Shown piece by piece: positions 48,730-62,250 of a stretch of 64,000 nucleotides of DNA. Positions within the stretch are counted from its first letter, which is position 1; every line of letters starts with the position of its first letter. Under the pieces are notes generated by a model. It was not told the DNA's origin and searched no databases. It was given only the letters and a program-made list of their open reading frames with translations. Both the position numbers and the translations under genes were made by a program. This DNA comes from Squalus acanthias. Taxonomy: Eukaryota. The DNA lies in the NCBI GenBank assembly GCA_030390025.1, contig CM059438.1, positions 67,210,001-67,274,000 on the forward strand, given 5' to 3'.

Positions 48730-49630
48730 CCGTGAAGGTTACAAAAGGTCATTTGACCCAACAGGTCCATGCCGGTGTTTGTGCTCCACACGACCCTCCT
48801 CCCACCCTTCTTCATCTAACCCCATCAACATATCCTTCTATTCTGTGCTGCACTGTCGGAGATGCCGTTTTTCAGATGAGACGTTAAACTGAGGCCCCGT
48901 CTGCTCTCTCAGGTGGACGTAAAAGATCCCATGGCACTATTTCGAAGAAGAGCAGGGGAGTTATCGCCGGTGTCCTGGCCAATATTTCTCCCTCAACCAA
49001 CATAACAAATACAGATTATCTGGTCATTATCACATTGCTGTTTGTGGGACCTTGCTGTGCACAAATTGATTGCCGTGTTTCCTACATTACAACAGTGACT
49101 CCACTTCAAAAGTACTTCATTGGCTGTAAAGCGCTTTGAGACGTCCGGTGGTCGTGAAAGGCGTTATATAATTGCAAGTCTTTCTTTCTTTCTCCCTTAT
49201 GTGCTAGCTTCCCCTTGAATGAATCTATGCTATTTGCGTCAACTACTCATTGTGGTGGCGAGTTCCACATTCTAAACACACTCTGGGTAAAGAAGTTTTT
49301 CCTGAGTTCCCTATATGATTTATTAGTGACTATCTTATATTTATGACCCCCTAGTTCTGGTCTCGCCCGCGAGAGGAAACATCTTCTCCACGTCTACCCT
49401 ATCAAAGCCTTTCATAATCTTAAAGATCTCTATCCTTTCTCCACTACCAACTGTCTCCTTAAACCATTCGCCCCTGCTGCCCTCAGTCTTCCCTTTTCTA
49501 GAGAAAAGAGGCCCAGCCTGTTCAATCCTTCCTGATAGGCATAACCTCTCAGTTCTGGTGTTACTCTAGTAAATCATTTTTGCACCTTCTCCAGTGCCAC
49601 TATATCCTTTTTATAATATGGAGACCAGAA
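48730..49630 (-). mobile_element. CR1 LINE 3' part, interrupted by a DeuSINE
   Basis: Minus-strand CR1 ORF2 end (NFFTQSVFRMWNS) and 3' UTR on either side of the SINE. Confidence 0.75.
48845..49192 (+). mobile_element. DeuSINE, 5'-truncated
   Basis: gtgctgcactgtcggag..aaagatcccatggcact..(tctt)n. Confidence 0.88.
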
Positions 49631-49859
49631 CACCACAGATCACGATATCTAATGGGACCATCATGGAATTGGACAGTTGAGGTGTTGCCCAAAACCAACC
49701 TAGATGGAAACAGTTTGTGGCCTTCTGCAGCTGACAGATGGAAAATGTTAAATGAACGGCAAGGAGAGAATTACAGACAGATTTGTAGTCTGAGGGCTCC
49801 TACATACCTGTTGTTCATCTGATAATGTTAGTTTACAATTTTTTTAATTCAATCTCTGC

Positions 49860-50260
49860 ATTTAGGTGTCTTTGGCAAGGCCAGCACTTATTGCCCATCC
49901 TTCGTTGCCCTGAGAAGGTGGTGGTGGTCAGCCTTCTTCTTGAACTGCTGGTGGCCATTCGATACAACTGAGTTGCTTGCTCGGCCACTTCAGAGGGCAG
50001 TTAAGAGTCAACCACACTGGTGTGGAACTGGAGTCACATTTCGAATAAGCCAGGTAAGAACAGCAGGTTTCCTTCCCTAAAGAACATTAGCGAACCAGTT
50101 AGGATTTTGTGACAATCCGACAAGCTTCATGGTCACTTTTACTGATACTGGCTCTTTTTTTAAAAACTGAATTCCAAATTCTCAAACAGGTATAGTGGGA
50201 TTTGATCTTATGTTCAGGCCTACTGGATTAGCTAGTTCCAATAACATAACCACTACACAC
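49860..50260 (-). mobile_element. tRNA-derived SINE whose tail matches the 61730-62250 LINE family
   Basis: Head gtgtagtggttatg..tcaaatccca; tail cagttcaagaagaaggc..caccaccttctcagggcaac..gatgggcaataa. Confidence 0.7.
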
Positions 50261-50571
50261 ATGATACATAGAAGATCAAATTCATTCAACTTACCATCAC
50301 CGAATATACCCAGTAATTCCTAATGAGGCTACTGGAAATGATGAAGAATGAGTGAGTATGTGATGACATGGCTGAAAAGAAATAATAAATGTCTGCCACG
50401 AGGTGCCTGAGATGTATGAAAACTTACAGCAACCCCTCTGATATCTCCAAGAATAATTACCCTGCATGGCGAGGCACTGAGCTATAAATAACACCAGCAG
50501 GATCCCAAGTTTTACCTCTAGTCGGTTTTGAATCAGCCAATCTTAGCTGGGCCAAGAATGAGGATATTACA

Positions 50572-50838
50572 TATATAATATAAAATAAAAACAGAAAATG
50601 CTGGAGATACTCAGCAGGTCAGGCAGCATCTGTGAAGCGAGAAACAGAGTTAATGTTTCAGGTCGATGACCTTTCATCAGAACTGGAACAAAGCAGGAAA
50701 TGGAACAGATTTTTAAGCAAGTGTAGGTGCTGGGAAAGGGGGGAGGGGATGAAAGAACAAAAGGGAAGGTCTGTGATAGGATAGAAGGCAGGAGAGGTTA
50801 AGAGACATTAAAAGACATTAGTAGATATTCAAGGCCAA
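50572..50838 (-). mobile_element. Penelope family B pLTR fragment with a hammerhead motif (50648-50684)
   Basis: Reverse complement reads agtt-CTGATGA-a-aggtc(atc)gacct-GAAA-ca-TT-aact; 11-bp TSD aggatattaca. Confidence 0.8.
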
Positions 50839-52371
50839 AGGATATTACAGTTGGCCTCAGTGTCACTGGACTGGAAAAGATAAGCCAACCAAGCTGTCCC
50901 ACTCGTCTTCCTCAAGCCCGACTGGAATTGCATGTCGGTGGGGATGGGGTCAGCCTCCACGTTCAAAATGCACACCAACTAACTCATGAAAAATGGACAC
51001 CTGATCAAAACTCCTGAGTGTTGCCACTGGCCGTGAAAGCATATCCCAGCACGAGTCTCTATCTTCAGCGGAAAAGAGGTTGGGGAGTAATTCTGAGATA
51101 AAATTGGAGGAGGGAGGCAAAGGAAGTGAAAAATATATCTGTTCATTTTGACACATAAGCATGTGGCGACGCCCACATCCCAGGAACGATTTTAAAAAAT
51201 GTGGTTTACAGGATTAGGATTTTTAGTTAACGCAGCACCTTGTGCAGATTCCAGGATATTTCTAATTTGCAGATTTTAAATGCTGGTCCAATTTAATTTG
51301 GAAACTTGGGTAGTTTATGAACCAATTAAACAGATCAAATACCTAATACAACATGAGCACCAGGCACTGTGATATGTTGGAATGGGTTTTAATTTGAAGT
51401 TTCTCTAACAGAGCTTTTAAAGACTCTAAATCATGACTTTGAGAACTGGCCTAAACCTCCAGCAAGCCAGTTTGGCTTCCCTTTGAAAGTTTAATCTTTA
51501 ACTCTGCTTTGATATTTTATTGGTCCATTTTATTTTATAGACATGTAATGGTGCACATTCTGATTCATGTGATATCTTAATACGACCAGGGATGAAGCCA
51601 AATGGAATCTAACCTTTTAAGTTTTAAAGAAAAAGTCATTGAGGCTGTGAAGCTCGACACCATCCCAGTGGATTCGACATTTATTGCCCACACAGATTTA
51701 AAATGTATTGCTTCTGAGTTGAGGCCTCCCAAAGTTATCTTTCTCTTTGTTTAGCAAGGAAACACATATACGGTTAAATGGGCCCAGGATGGAAGGCCGT
51801 CAGAATCTTCTGCAAGTATGTTCTTTGAACCCAACATGAAGATTCATTTGGACTGAAACTCGCTGCAACTAAGCTCTGGGCGTAGTAATAAGACCCAGTC
51901 GGTGCAAAATTCGGATCTGTAGCATCCGAACCCTTAGAGCTCCAAAATGGCAACCGCGGCGTGTGTGCATACTTATAGGGCGAATCGCGCCAGACGCCAC
52001 ATTGGTGAGGATGCTAGCGCGCGCCGCGAATGTACGCTGGAAGTGTGCAGAGTAGGCAGACCTTGACGTCAATCAGCGTTTGACGGCAGTGGTGCCATTT
52101 TGGAGCTCAATGCTCCAGCCAACACCTTCTCTTAACCTCGCACAGCTGAACAGGCGTTAAGCAGCAGGAAGGACCCCCCACCAGCGCTATTTAAAGGGAA
52201 CATCAACTACTTACAGCTTAGTTGCTGGTTGATTTCTTCTGGCTGTTGCTACGATTCTGGTGTTTTCTATAGTTGTTTCAAGTTGCAAAAGTCTACAGGG
52301 AGTGACATGGCAGGTGCTGAAGGACTTTTTCCTGACTTTAAGGCTTCTGCACAAACCAGTTGCTCCCAGAC

Positions 52372-54458
52372 ATGGGTGCACGAGTAGGAATTCCCCTTGG
52401 AATACAGCATGACTGGGAGAATGAGCAGAGGCCACGCAGAGCAGGACAAGCTGCTGGAAGAGGGAGGAGAAGGAAGGGGAGATGGACTCTCAGCAAGAGG
52501 TCTTAGCCACCCAGGGTGTTCAGGGAGCAATTCTCCTACCTGAACCTTAGTGAGGAACAATGTGTGAGACATCTGTGCTTCAGTAAGGATGTCCTCATTG
52601 AAATCTGCCACCTGCTGCAGCTACAACTGCAACCACGGATAGGCCAAGGACCGCATTGACAGTGGCTGTGAAGGTGACCGTGGAGATGAACTTTTAAGCA
52701 TCTGGCTCCTTCCAGGCTGGAGCTGGAGATATTTGCAAAATCTCGCAGTTTGCTGTCCACTGTTGCGTGAGGGAAGTCACTGAGGCTCTGTATTCAAAGA
52801 GAGCTGACTACATTTCATTCTCTCTTGCCAGAGACCAGCAGGCGGAGCGAGTACATGGCTTCGCTAGGATTGCAGGCTTCCACATGGTGCAGGGGGCCAT
52901 TGACTGCACGCACATCACTTTGCGGACGTCGCATGTCAACTCTGCCATGTACCAGAACCGAAATGGATTCCACTCCCTCAACGTCCAGCTGGTGTGCGAC
53001 CATAGGGAGCGAATCATGCCGATCGATACCCAGTATCCTGACAGCAGTCATGATGCCTTCACTCTGCGGCAGTCCGCTGTGCCATCTGCATTTGAGCTAC
53101 CACAGCAAACCAAAGGGTGGGTTACTGGGAAACAAGGGCTATCCGCTGATGATCCGCATAAGAGATTAGCATGTAAAGTTAAGGCACATGGGATTGGGGG
53201 CAAGGTATTGACTTGGATAGAGAACTGGTTGGCGGACAGAAAGCAGAGAGTAGGAATTAATGGGTCTTTTTCCGAGTGGCAAGCAGTGACTAGTGGGGTA
53301 CCGCAGGGATCGGTCCTTGGACCCCAGCTATTCACAATATACATTAATGATCTAGATAAGGGAACTAAATGTAATATCTCCAAGTTTGCAGATGACACAA
53401 AGCTGGGTGGGAGGATACCGAGAAACCCCAGGATGATTTGGACAGGTTGGGTGAGTGGGCAGAAGCGTGGCAGATGCAATATAACGTGGATAAATGCGAG
53501 GTTATCCACTTTGGTGTCAAAAACAGAAAGGCAGACTATTATCTGAATGGCAATAGATTGGGAGAAGGGGAAGTGTAACGAGACCTGGGTGTCCTTGTGC
53601 ACCAGTCGCTGAAAGTAAGCATGCAGGTGCAGCAGGCGGTGAAGAAGGCAAATGGTATGTTGGCCTTCATAGCGAAAGGGTTTGAGTATAGGAACAGGGA
53701 TGTCCTGCTGCAGTTGTACAGGGCCTTGGTGAGACCACACCTTGAGTATTGTGTGCAGTTTTGGTCGCCTTATCTGAGGAAGGATGTTCTTGCCATGGAA
53801 GGAGTTCAGTGAAGATTCACAAGGCTGATACCTGGGATGGCAGGAATGACATATGAGGAGAGAATGGGTCGATTGGGCTTATACTCGCTAGTGTATAGAA
53901 GAATGAGAGGGGATCTCATCGAAACATATAAAATTCTGACAGGTCTGGACAAACTAGACACAGGAAGAATGTTCCCGATAGTCGGAGAGTCCAGAACCAG
54001 GGGTCATAATCTAAAGATAACGGGTAAGCCATTTAGAACAGAAATTAGGAAGAATTTCTTCACCCAGAGAGTGGTGAACCTGTGGAATTCTCTACCACAG
54101 AAGGTAGTTGAGGCCAAGTCATTAAATATATTCAAGAATGAGTTAGATATATTTCTTAAAGCTAAAGGTATCAAGGGATATGGGGAGAAGGCAGGTACAG
54201 GGTACTGAGTTTGGATGATCAGCCATGATCTCATCGAATGGCGGAGCAGGCTCGAGGGGCCGAATGGCCTACTCCTGCTCCTATCTTCTATGTTTCTATG
54301 TTTCTATGACATGGCTGATGACTCTGGTGCGCAACCCATGCACATGTGTGGAGCACGCATTCAATGAAAGCCATGCTGCCACACAAAATGTGATAGAGCA
54401 GACCACTGGCATGCTGAAACGATGCTTCCACTGCCTGGACCACTCTGGATACCAGTGA
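52372..54458 (+). pseudogene. Harbinger DDE transposase split by a CR1
   Basis: [44 protein letters not shown] [CR1] TWLMT..FNESHAATQNVIEQTTGMLKRCFHCLD. Confidence 0.92.
53153..54305 (+). mobile_element. CR1 LINE, 5'-truncated
   Basis: [31 protein letters not shown]; (tttctatg)n tail; atga on both flanks. Confidence 0.95.
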
Positions 54459-54628
54459 ACGCAACCCCAATTTCCCATTCACCAACAGTCTCACACCTTG
54501 CCTTCCCTCTCTTACTGACCATCACAGCGTCCTGTTGGCCACAATGATACTATAAAAGCCACCACAAAACAAGCATTCCAAACCAAATTTATAAATCAAA
54601 ACATTCCAATATTTCATACTAAAGTCAA

Positions 54629-56545
54629 CTAATCACCCTTGTGCATTCCCTTAGTGCCTGTTTTCCATGTGCCTTTGCCTGTTCTCGTGCTCCTACGCAG
54701 TGCTACCCCAGTGGCTGCAGCATGGCTGGTGGAAAGCTGCTGCCTTTCAGTGGCGGAGACTGCAGGTGGCCTTGGAGGACAACCTGGGACAGCTCTGGGC
54801 CTAGAAGACCTGGCTGCGGACTGCACCATCTCGGCATGGGTGACAGCAGTCTGGGCTGGCTGGCTGACAGGCAACAAAGAGGGCATTGGTGGAGTGGCAG
54901 GGCTGGGAGGACGAAAGCTGTCATCCTAAGAGAGGACAGCAGGTTCGTGCATCACGGAACCACTGCCACTCCCCCAGGGCGGCGCCTCAGCAATCCTTGT
55001 AATCTGTTGGAGGACAGATTGCCAGACTGCTGTGACACACTGCAAGTCCCTTTGAACACTGGTATCTGCAGCCATGATGGCAGCAGTCTGAGCTTGGGGG
55101 GCAGCAAGATGACCTTGCATGACAACAGTCTGAGCTTCCACTGCAGCACTCAGACATTGGGTGGCTGCTGCTTGTGCTGCAATGGAAGCTGAGACATTTG
55201 GCCATCAGACGCTGCATCTTGGTTGGGTCCACACGTGTGCTAATGGAGTTGGCCACCACTTATATTCTGGAAAGGATGGGCTCCAAGCTCTGTGCAAAGC
55301 CCTGTGCCAATTTCGTGCCGGACTCCTCCATGCTCCTTGACATTGCACGCAGGCTTTCTGGCTGGCTTCCCAATGCACCAAGCATTTCATTGTGCATACC
55401 CAGCAGCCTTCTTCTGTAGCCTGGCCCAATCGAAGTCCTCATCTGAGTTTTCTGCAGCAGAACCCATCTGCAACCTCGCCCTCCGGCGAGTTGGCACCTG
55501 TGCTTCCCTTGCCTCCTACTCTGGCTGCAAGCCACTCATGCCCGGTGTCTCACCACATGCAGATCCCACCTCTGTGCCATCCTTTAAATGACATGCAATG
55601 TCAGTATCTGAGCTGGTGGCTGCGAGTGTTAAATCGAGTGATGGTGTGTCTTCATCATCTTCTTGCTCTTCCGCCATTGCCTGGCCAGGTTGTAGTTCTT
55701 GGGTATAAGAAAGGAGAAAGACACAAGGGTAAGGTTGTGTTGAGGGTGGTGGGGGGAAGTAGTGGTAAAGTTAGAGGTTCATGCTTACACCATCTGCAGC
55801 TTGTAAATCAGAAGAGATTGTGGGATGAGGGGGAAGTGGGATGTGAGAAGGAGGATTACGATGAGGATACTGTCATCTTCGATGTTTTCAGCCCCGCCGC
55901 TGGCCACGGCCTCAGCAATGGCCTTTTCAATAATGACCAGCACCGTCACCTCCATGGGGGCTAGGACATGCAGGCACACCTGTCCCCCTCTGATTAGTTC
56001 CTGCTACCTCCGGTAGTGAGCCACCTTGTCCTGTAAGAGAGAGGGAAGTGTGTCAGTGAGTGTCATGCAATCTGTTTGGTTGACGTGGCTGTCATGGTTG
56101 AATAGCTGGCAGTGTGTGCAAGTTGTGAGATGTGGGTGTGAAGCTTGCAGCAGTGTTAAGTGTGTGAGGGTGAGGTGAAGCTATGAATGTTAGGTATGAG
56201 TCCTGATTGATAGAGATTGTTGGTGGGTGAGTGATGGGGTGTGGTGAATTGAGCAGTGGCTGAGACTAATGCTACAGTTGGTAGGATATGGCATTTGAAG
56301 ATGCACTCACTGACCTCGACCACTCGTGTGAGGTCATTGAACTTCTTGCGGCACTGCATTCAGGTCCTCGGGGCTTGTCTCCTGACATTGACCTCCATGG
56401 CTACCTGCTCCCACTGCCTTCTGAGCGTGTGTCTGGAAGGCCTCCTGATCCCCAGCGGATACAGGACATATCTCCTCCTTTCCACCTGTTCCACCAAGGA
56501 CTCCAGTGCAATGTTCGAAAACTTTGGTGACCCCTCTCTCCCATG
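54629..56545 (-). pseudogene. Harbinger Myb/SANT-like DNA-binding gene, apparently three exons
   Basis: Exon 1 reads PKFSNIALESLVEQVERRRYVLYP..QWEQVAMEVN..RT*MQCRKKFNDLTR, then gtcagtgagt; exon 2 follows ttacag at about 56031; the last exon is homologous to 20784-21636. Confidence 0.8.
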
Positions 56546-57054
56546 TTGTGCTATTCTTCATTGTTTCCCAGGTCAGATTCAGTTCCTGAATGACCTCCAG
56601 CACCTGCTCCATCCACAATGCACTTCCCCTTTAAGAGGTACTGGCTAGCTTTAAAGAGTGCAGGCTAGCTTTTACTGGTACTCGCCACTCACGATTTTGG
56701 GCCCCCTGCTGATGCATGCAGCCAATCAACAGTGCGGTTAGCGCTGGCTGCACGCTGAAATCATTAAAATGAGCAGGCAGCATGAAGTTGGCATGCTGCC
56801 TGCATTACATTGAACGGACGTGGGTTAATTGCACATCGCGATCCCCGCACCCATTTTCAGGGGGCTATCGAATTTAGCCCCGAGTGGGTGTTTTTAACTG
56901 ATCTCTTTATCAAAAACTTTCAGATGTAGAATCTGTGAGTCTTCCAGTTCCAACCTATCCTCAGTTCAGTTACTCAGTGCACATGAGAAGTATTATTACC
57001 ACTGAATCGTGCCTTGAGGATTTTTTATGTTTGAAGAAAATGCCTTTAGTTTTA

Positions 57055-57533
57055 CAGGAAACTCTGGTTTAAACGGCACCGGAATTCTCTATTAACCGGC
57101 AAAGTTAATACTCCTAAAACAACACCTCAATAACCGTTTTGTTTTACTGTTACTTCACTTCACCTGACGAAGGAGCAGCGCTCTGAAAGCTTGTGATTTC
57201 AAATAAAGCTGTTGGACTATAACCTGGTGTTGTGCGACTTCTCACATTTGTCCACCCCAGTCCAACACCGGCATCTCCACATCACAAGTAATTAAAGAGT
57301 TATGGATTACCCTCAACTGGCAGTACTGTATTTAATCAAGCATCTTCCACCATCCATTTAGCACAACATTCTGTAGGTGAGTACCCAATTACTGTATGCT
57401 GCACATTTCTTGATTTTTTAAATTTTTGTTTGTTAAAAATAGCCTCGGTAGATAACCCTCTCCGTCATCCGGAATTTTTAATCAATCGGCATCATCCCGG
57501 TCTCGTCGGTGCCGGATACCAAAGAGTTTCCTG
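57055..57533. mobile_element. Tc1/mariner (pogo/Tigger-type) MITE
   Basis: TA-caggaaactct..cggcaccg / cggtgccg..agagtttcctg-TA. Confidence 0.75.
57156..57284 (+). mobile_element. Solo 3' end of Penelope family A with a hammerhead (57160-57196)
   Basis: tcac-CTGACGA-a-ggagc(agc)gctct-GAAA-gc-TT-gtga, then the same sequence as 8582-8630 plus the extension seen at 5530-5569. Confidence 0.88.
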
Positions 57534-60500
57534 TATTTCTTATACAAACAGACCTTGTTTACTTGCTTTTTCCCCTCCTATGTTAAATTCAAAGACGAGC
57601 ACCTGGGATGAAATTATGGGCCTGTTCATCTCAGTTCTGTGGAAAGGCTCCAGGCACATTCTGAAATGCCTGAGCACATTGATGATGCAGCTAAACTTGA
57701 GCTCAGTATAAGATATCTATTTAGAACATTTCACTCGAGAGGATGAATAATGGAAGAGATTGAGTGGTGCAGGCATGTTCTGGGACGAACTTGACCTTTT
57801 CTTGTGAATGGGACTCTGTGCGTAATTGATCATGATTCAAAGGTTGCAGAGTACTACATTGCGTGTGTGCTGTTCTTGGCCAATAATTCTCAGAATGGGT
57901 CCAGATACAGATCTTGCAACTCCCACTGGTTTATGCCAGGAGGCGCTGACCACCACAGCGATGTCAAGGCCTCTTCAGCTGATCGTGAATGTGCTGAGAT
58001 GGTCTTCCAGCAGGGATAAGTGTGTGGTCTTGAGTCTTCGTCCCTAACTTCCCTATTGCAACTACCTGGAGGGCACTTCTGTTAGAAGCACTCACAGTAT
58101 TTCTGGATCATTCTACTTCTTGATATTTGGATTCTGTACCCTTCTGCACTTTTATTATGACACTATTCAATAGTACAAAGAGGATTTGGACTGGGAATGA
58201 TTCCGAAAAGTGAATCAGTGCCGGCAAAACGATCTATAATGATGGTATTAATGCACCTGAATTGATAGCATTGAGGCAAGTAATTGTTTTTTTTAATGCT
58301 CGTCAAAAAGTTATTTCCTGTGTGGGCTTCTGAATAGAACATTTCATTCACTTTGATAGTGTCAGCATTGAAGCTAATCCAGATCATGTAACAGCCTGAG
58401 TAAAATGAAGAGTTGAGCTCCTTTTATATTCTGCAACAATGCAACCTTAAACCAAATTCAGAACGGTACCGCACATTGCGTCTGTGGCATTTCCCACTGC
58501 AGCCAATCATTGGCCTCTCCGAGTGAAAGTGTCGGTTTTGTGCCTTTATAGCTGGCCAGAAAGAGGAGACTTTCTTTTTTTCGTTTTCCAATCATCTCCT
58601 GTCTGCGGCCCCGATTACTGCTTGAGGTATTGTTCCGTAGGTGCTGGCAGCTCGCCAGTACCTCGGCCGAGTGTCCCTGCCGAGGCTAAACACACAACAG
58701 CTTCCCCCTTGATAAGATATTGAAAACTGGCTCCCTTATCCTAATCGCAGAATCAAGGATCCGTCTGTATGACACTGTTGGAATAAGAGAGCCAGATCTC
58801 TTTACACAGTGGAATGCAGCAGTCTCCCATCAACTAGGCTTTTATATCATATAAAAATGCCTATAGAATGTGGGATGAATATTAGTATTCATGAGAAATT
58901 TATCTTCTTTAACCGCTGGTGAAACCTATTTCCTACGAAAGCTCCCACTGAAAATTGGTATCTCTGTGTTCACACATATTGCGGCTGGTAGCAGATAGCT
59001 TCTGGACCTGATTGTCTGGTGATGAAAGTTTTCTTTTTAATTGTCTCTCCAAAGCAATTAATGGCTGTCTCTATTTTAACGTTAACAGCCACTGCATGAA
59101 TGAAGAGTTTCAGAAGAATTGGTGTGAGCTGAATCTGGTCATTGCGAGGGAGCTTCGCTCATAGAAATCAGGTGGTCCACTCACACACAAACACAGTGCG
59201 CTCCTGAAATCAGCTGGAGGCAAGTTGTGGAGGGAGAGCTGGGGCCGTGAGACGCCAGCAGAGGACTGGAAGCAGGCCACCCGCCCATCCTCTCAACCAA
59301 GAGTGAGATGACACAAGCCCACTGAAGGAATGGAAAGCTTATTAAAAAAAAATAGAAGATGCATGGAAAAATGTGATGGGAAGAGGAAAATGTTCTGAAA
59401 GCTCCGTGTGTTCATCACAAGTGGTTTCGGGACCTGTCGATTTTCCATTTGTGGCAATGTCACAAAGTGGTCAAATTTTGCAATGGACTGAAGTGGAAAC
59501 AAAACCCTTGGAATCACTTCGGAACTATTGTTGGATGCTGTGATGGGAGGACGGTAGTTTTTTTTATCCTAGTGCATAGGATGGACTCAATGACCTTAGT
59601 GATCCAGATAGTGATCCAGATGATCAAATTTTTTGTCTTAAAATACTCTTGTGCGGCGCCTTGGTACGTTTTACTACGTTAAAGGTGCTATATAAATACA
59701 AGGTGTTGTTGTTGTTGATACATCTTGTATTTTGATGAAATATGAAACACTGAAATTTTAATCAGGACCATAAATTAGATCCTAGTTTTTATCAGGCTTG
59801 GCTGAACTGTCCTCACCTCGATTTTGCACTGTATATTTTTACCTATTGACAATCCTCCCCACCTACATGTATCACTTTGTATGTGGCCCATTGAAACAGA
59901 GGTACAGAGAAGCATGAAATGAAAGAGAAGCACTACTCACCCCAGGTGGTGTCCCTTTTAGTCTCAATGATGGGCTTTGTGCATTTATCAGCTTTCCTCC
60001 CCCTCTCCGCTTGCTACTTTTGCTTATTATTCTTGCAATTATGGGACTATTCATTGCTGGTTGTGCCTTGCATTCATGCCTTCCTGCTTAGCGTTCTATA
60101 AATAGAGAGGCTTCTTTCAAACTTCCCATATTTTCTCCCGTTTCCAAAAATACAGCACAATTCATGTTTGGAGTGGTTTATCCATTGACAGACCTGGCTC
60201 TCTCAAGAGGAACAGAAAGTGAAATTCTGTTTGTGATGTTAATTGGATCATTTTCTACAAAGTCAGGGAACATCAACCATATTCTACAAACACAAAAGCT
60301 GCCGATTGTAGTGTTTCGAGCTTAGTTCGCTCAAATCGCCCAGGTGGCATCCCTCCAGCTGTCACATGGGAATGGAAGTGGTGGCAGGTCACATAACTGT
60401 ATTGTGCTGCCTTCATATTGCAAACTTTCTTCCAGTTGAAAGGGCATGACAATGTGCTGTGGTGTCTGCTCCACTTACACTGCCGGGAGATTCCTCATCG

Positions 60501-60689
60501 AATCGTAGAATGTTACCAAACTGAACCAAGCCATGCAGCCATCACGTCTGAGAGCTACCTCGTCCAATCTGTTGCACGCTCCCCATAGATTATAATATTC
60601 ATATTTTTAATGCAATATTTCCCTTTTCAATGATTGATGGACTCTGCTTGAACAATAGTTTGTGGCAGAGAATTCCACATTCTGATTAC

Positions 60690-61716
60690 GATTCTGCCCC
60701 TGCCTCAGCTCATCTGCTGCTGGAACCCTCATCCATGCCTTTGTTACCTCTAGACTCAACCATTCCAACACACTCCTGGCCGGCCTCCCATCTTCCACCC
60801 TCCATAAACTCTGCTGCCCGTGTCCTAACTCGCACCAAGTCCCGTTCATCCATCACCCCTGTGCTCGCTGACCTACATTGGCTCCTGGTTGAACAACGCC
60901 TCAATTTTAAAATTCTCATCCTCGTTTCCAAATCCCTCCATGACCTCGCCCCTCCCTATCTCTGTAACCTCTTCCAGCCCTACAACCCTCCGAGATCTCT
61001 GTGCTCCTCCAATTCTGGCCTCTTGTGCATCCCCGATTTTAATCGCTCCACCATTGGTGGCAGTGCCTTCAGCTGCTTAGGCCCTCCTAAGCTCTGGAAT
61101 TCCCTCCCTAAATCTCTCCACCTCTCTACCTCGCTTTCTTCCTTTAAGAGACTCCTTAAAAGCTATCCCTTTAACCAAAGACGACCTGAATATCTCCTTA
61201 TGTGGCTCAATGTCAAATTTTGTTTGATAATGCGCCTGTGAAGTGCCTTGGGGCATTTTAGGAACATAGGAACAGGAGTGGGCCTTTTAGCCCCTCGAGC
61301 CTGCTCTGCCATTCAAGGAAATCATGAGTGATCTGCGACCTAACTCCATATCTTTGTCCCATATCCCTTAATCCCTTTGGTTAACAAAAATCTATCAATC
61401 TCCGATTTAAAATTAACAATTGATCCATTTGCGGAAGAGAGTTCCAAACTTGTACCACCCTTTGTGTATAGAAGTGTTTCCTAATTTCACTCCTGGAATC
61501 TCTATTTTTTAGACTGTGCCCCTCGTCCTAGCCTCCCGTACCAGCGGAAATAGTTTCTCTCTATCTACCCTATCTGTTCCCCATAATATCTTGAAAAGTT
61601 TGATCAAATCACCCCTTAACCTTCTAAATTCCAGGGAATACAACCTTAGTTTGTGTAATCTCTCCTCGTAATTTAACCCCTGGATTCCTACGTTAAAGGC
61701 ACTATATAAATACAAG
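60690..61716 (+). mobile_element. L2 LINE 3' part; tail interrupted by a CR1
   Basis: NSAARVLTRTKSRSSITPVLADLHWLLVEQRLNFKIL; the tail resumes at about 61688 (ctacgttaaaggcactatataaatacaag). Confidence 0.88.
61261..61687 (-). mobile_element. CR1 LINE 3' fragment
   Basis: GLNYEERLHKLRLYSLEFRRLRGDLIKLFKIL. Confidence 0.88.
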
Positions 61717-61729
61717 GTTTTTTTTTATT

Positions 61730-62250
61730 ATTCTTTCCGGGATGTGGGCGTCGTTGGCAAGGCCAGCATTTATTGCCCATCCCTAATTGCCCTTGAGAAG
61801 GTGGTGGTGAGCCACCTTCTTGAACCGCTGCAGTCCGTGTGGTGAAGGTACTCCCACAGTGCTGTTAGGGACGGAGTTCCAGGATTTTGACCCAGCGACG
61901 ATGAAGGATCGGTGATATACTTCTAAGTCAGGATGGTGTGTGACTTGGAGGGGAACTTGCAGATGATGGTGTCCCATGCACCTGCTGCCCTTGTCCTTTT
62001 AGGTGGTAGAGCTCGCAGGGTTTGGGAGGTGCTGTTGAAGAAGCCTTGGCGAGTTGCTGCAGTGCATCTTGTAGATGGTACACACTGCAGCCACGAGGGA
62101 GGGAATGAATGTTTAAGGTGGTGGATGGGGTGCCAATCAAGTGGGCTGCTTTGTTGAGCTTCTTGAGTGTTGTTGGAGCTGCACTCATCCAAGCAAGTGG
62201 AGACTATTCCATCACACTCCTGACTTGTGCCTTGCAGATGGTGGAAAGGC
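61730..62250 (-). mobile_element. LINE 3' part (CR1-group family, clade not assigned)
   Basis: MSAAPTTLKKL..KAAHLIG..SFIVAGSKSWNSVPNSTVG..FKKVAHHHLLKGN. Confidence 0.8.

Larger units (their letters stand above)
51850..56881. mobile_element. PIF/Harbinger transposon 2, near full length, decayed
   Basis: Transposase (+) and intron-containing Myb gene (-) are convergent; degenerate termini ggactgaaactcg / cgaatttagcccc. Confidence 0.87.

Noticed and set aside
52767..53546. 259-aa ORF that looks like a transposase-RT fusion
   Set aside because: Chance read-through from a decayed Harbinger transposase into an inserted, frameshifted CR1; the transposase resumes at about 54306.
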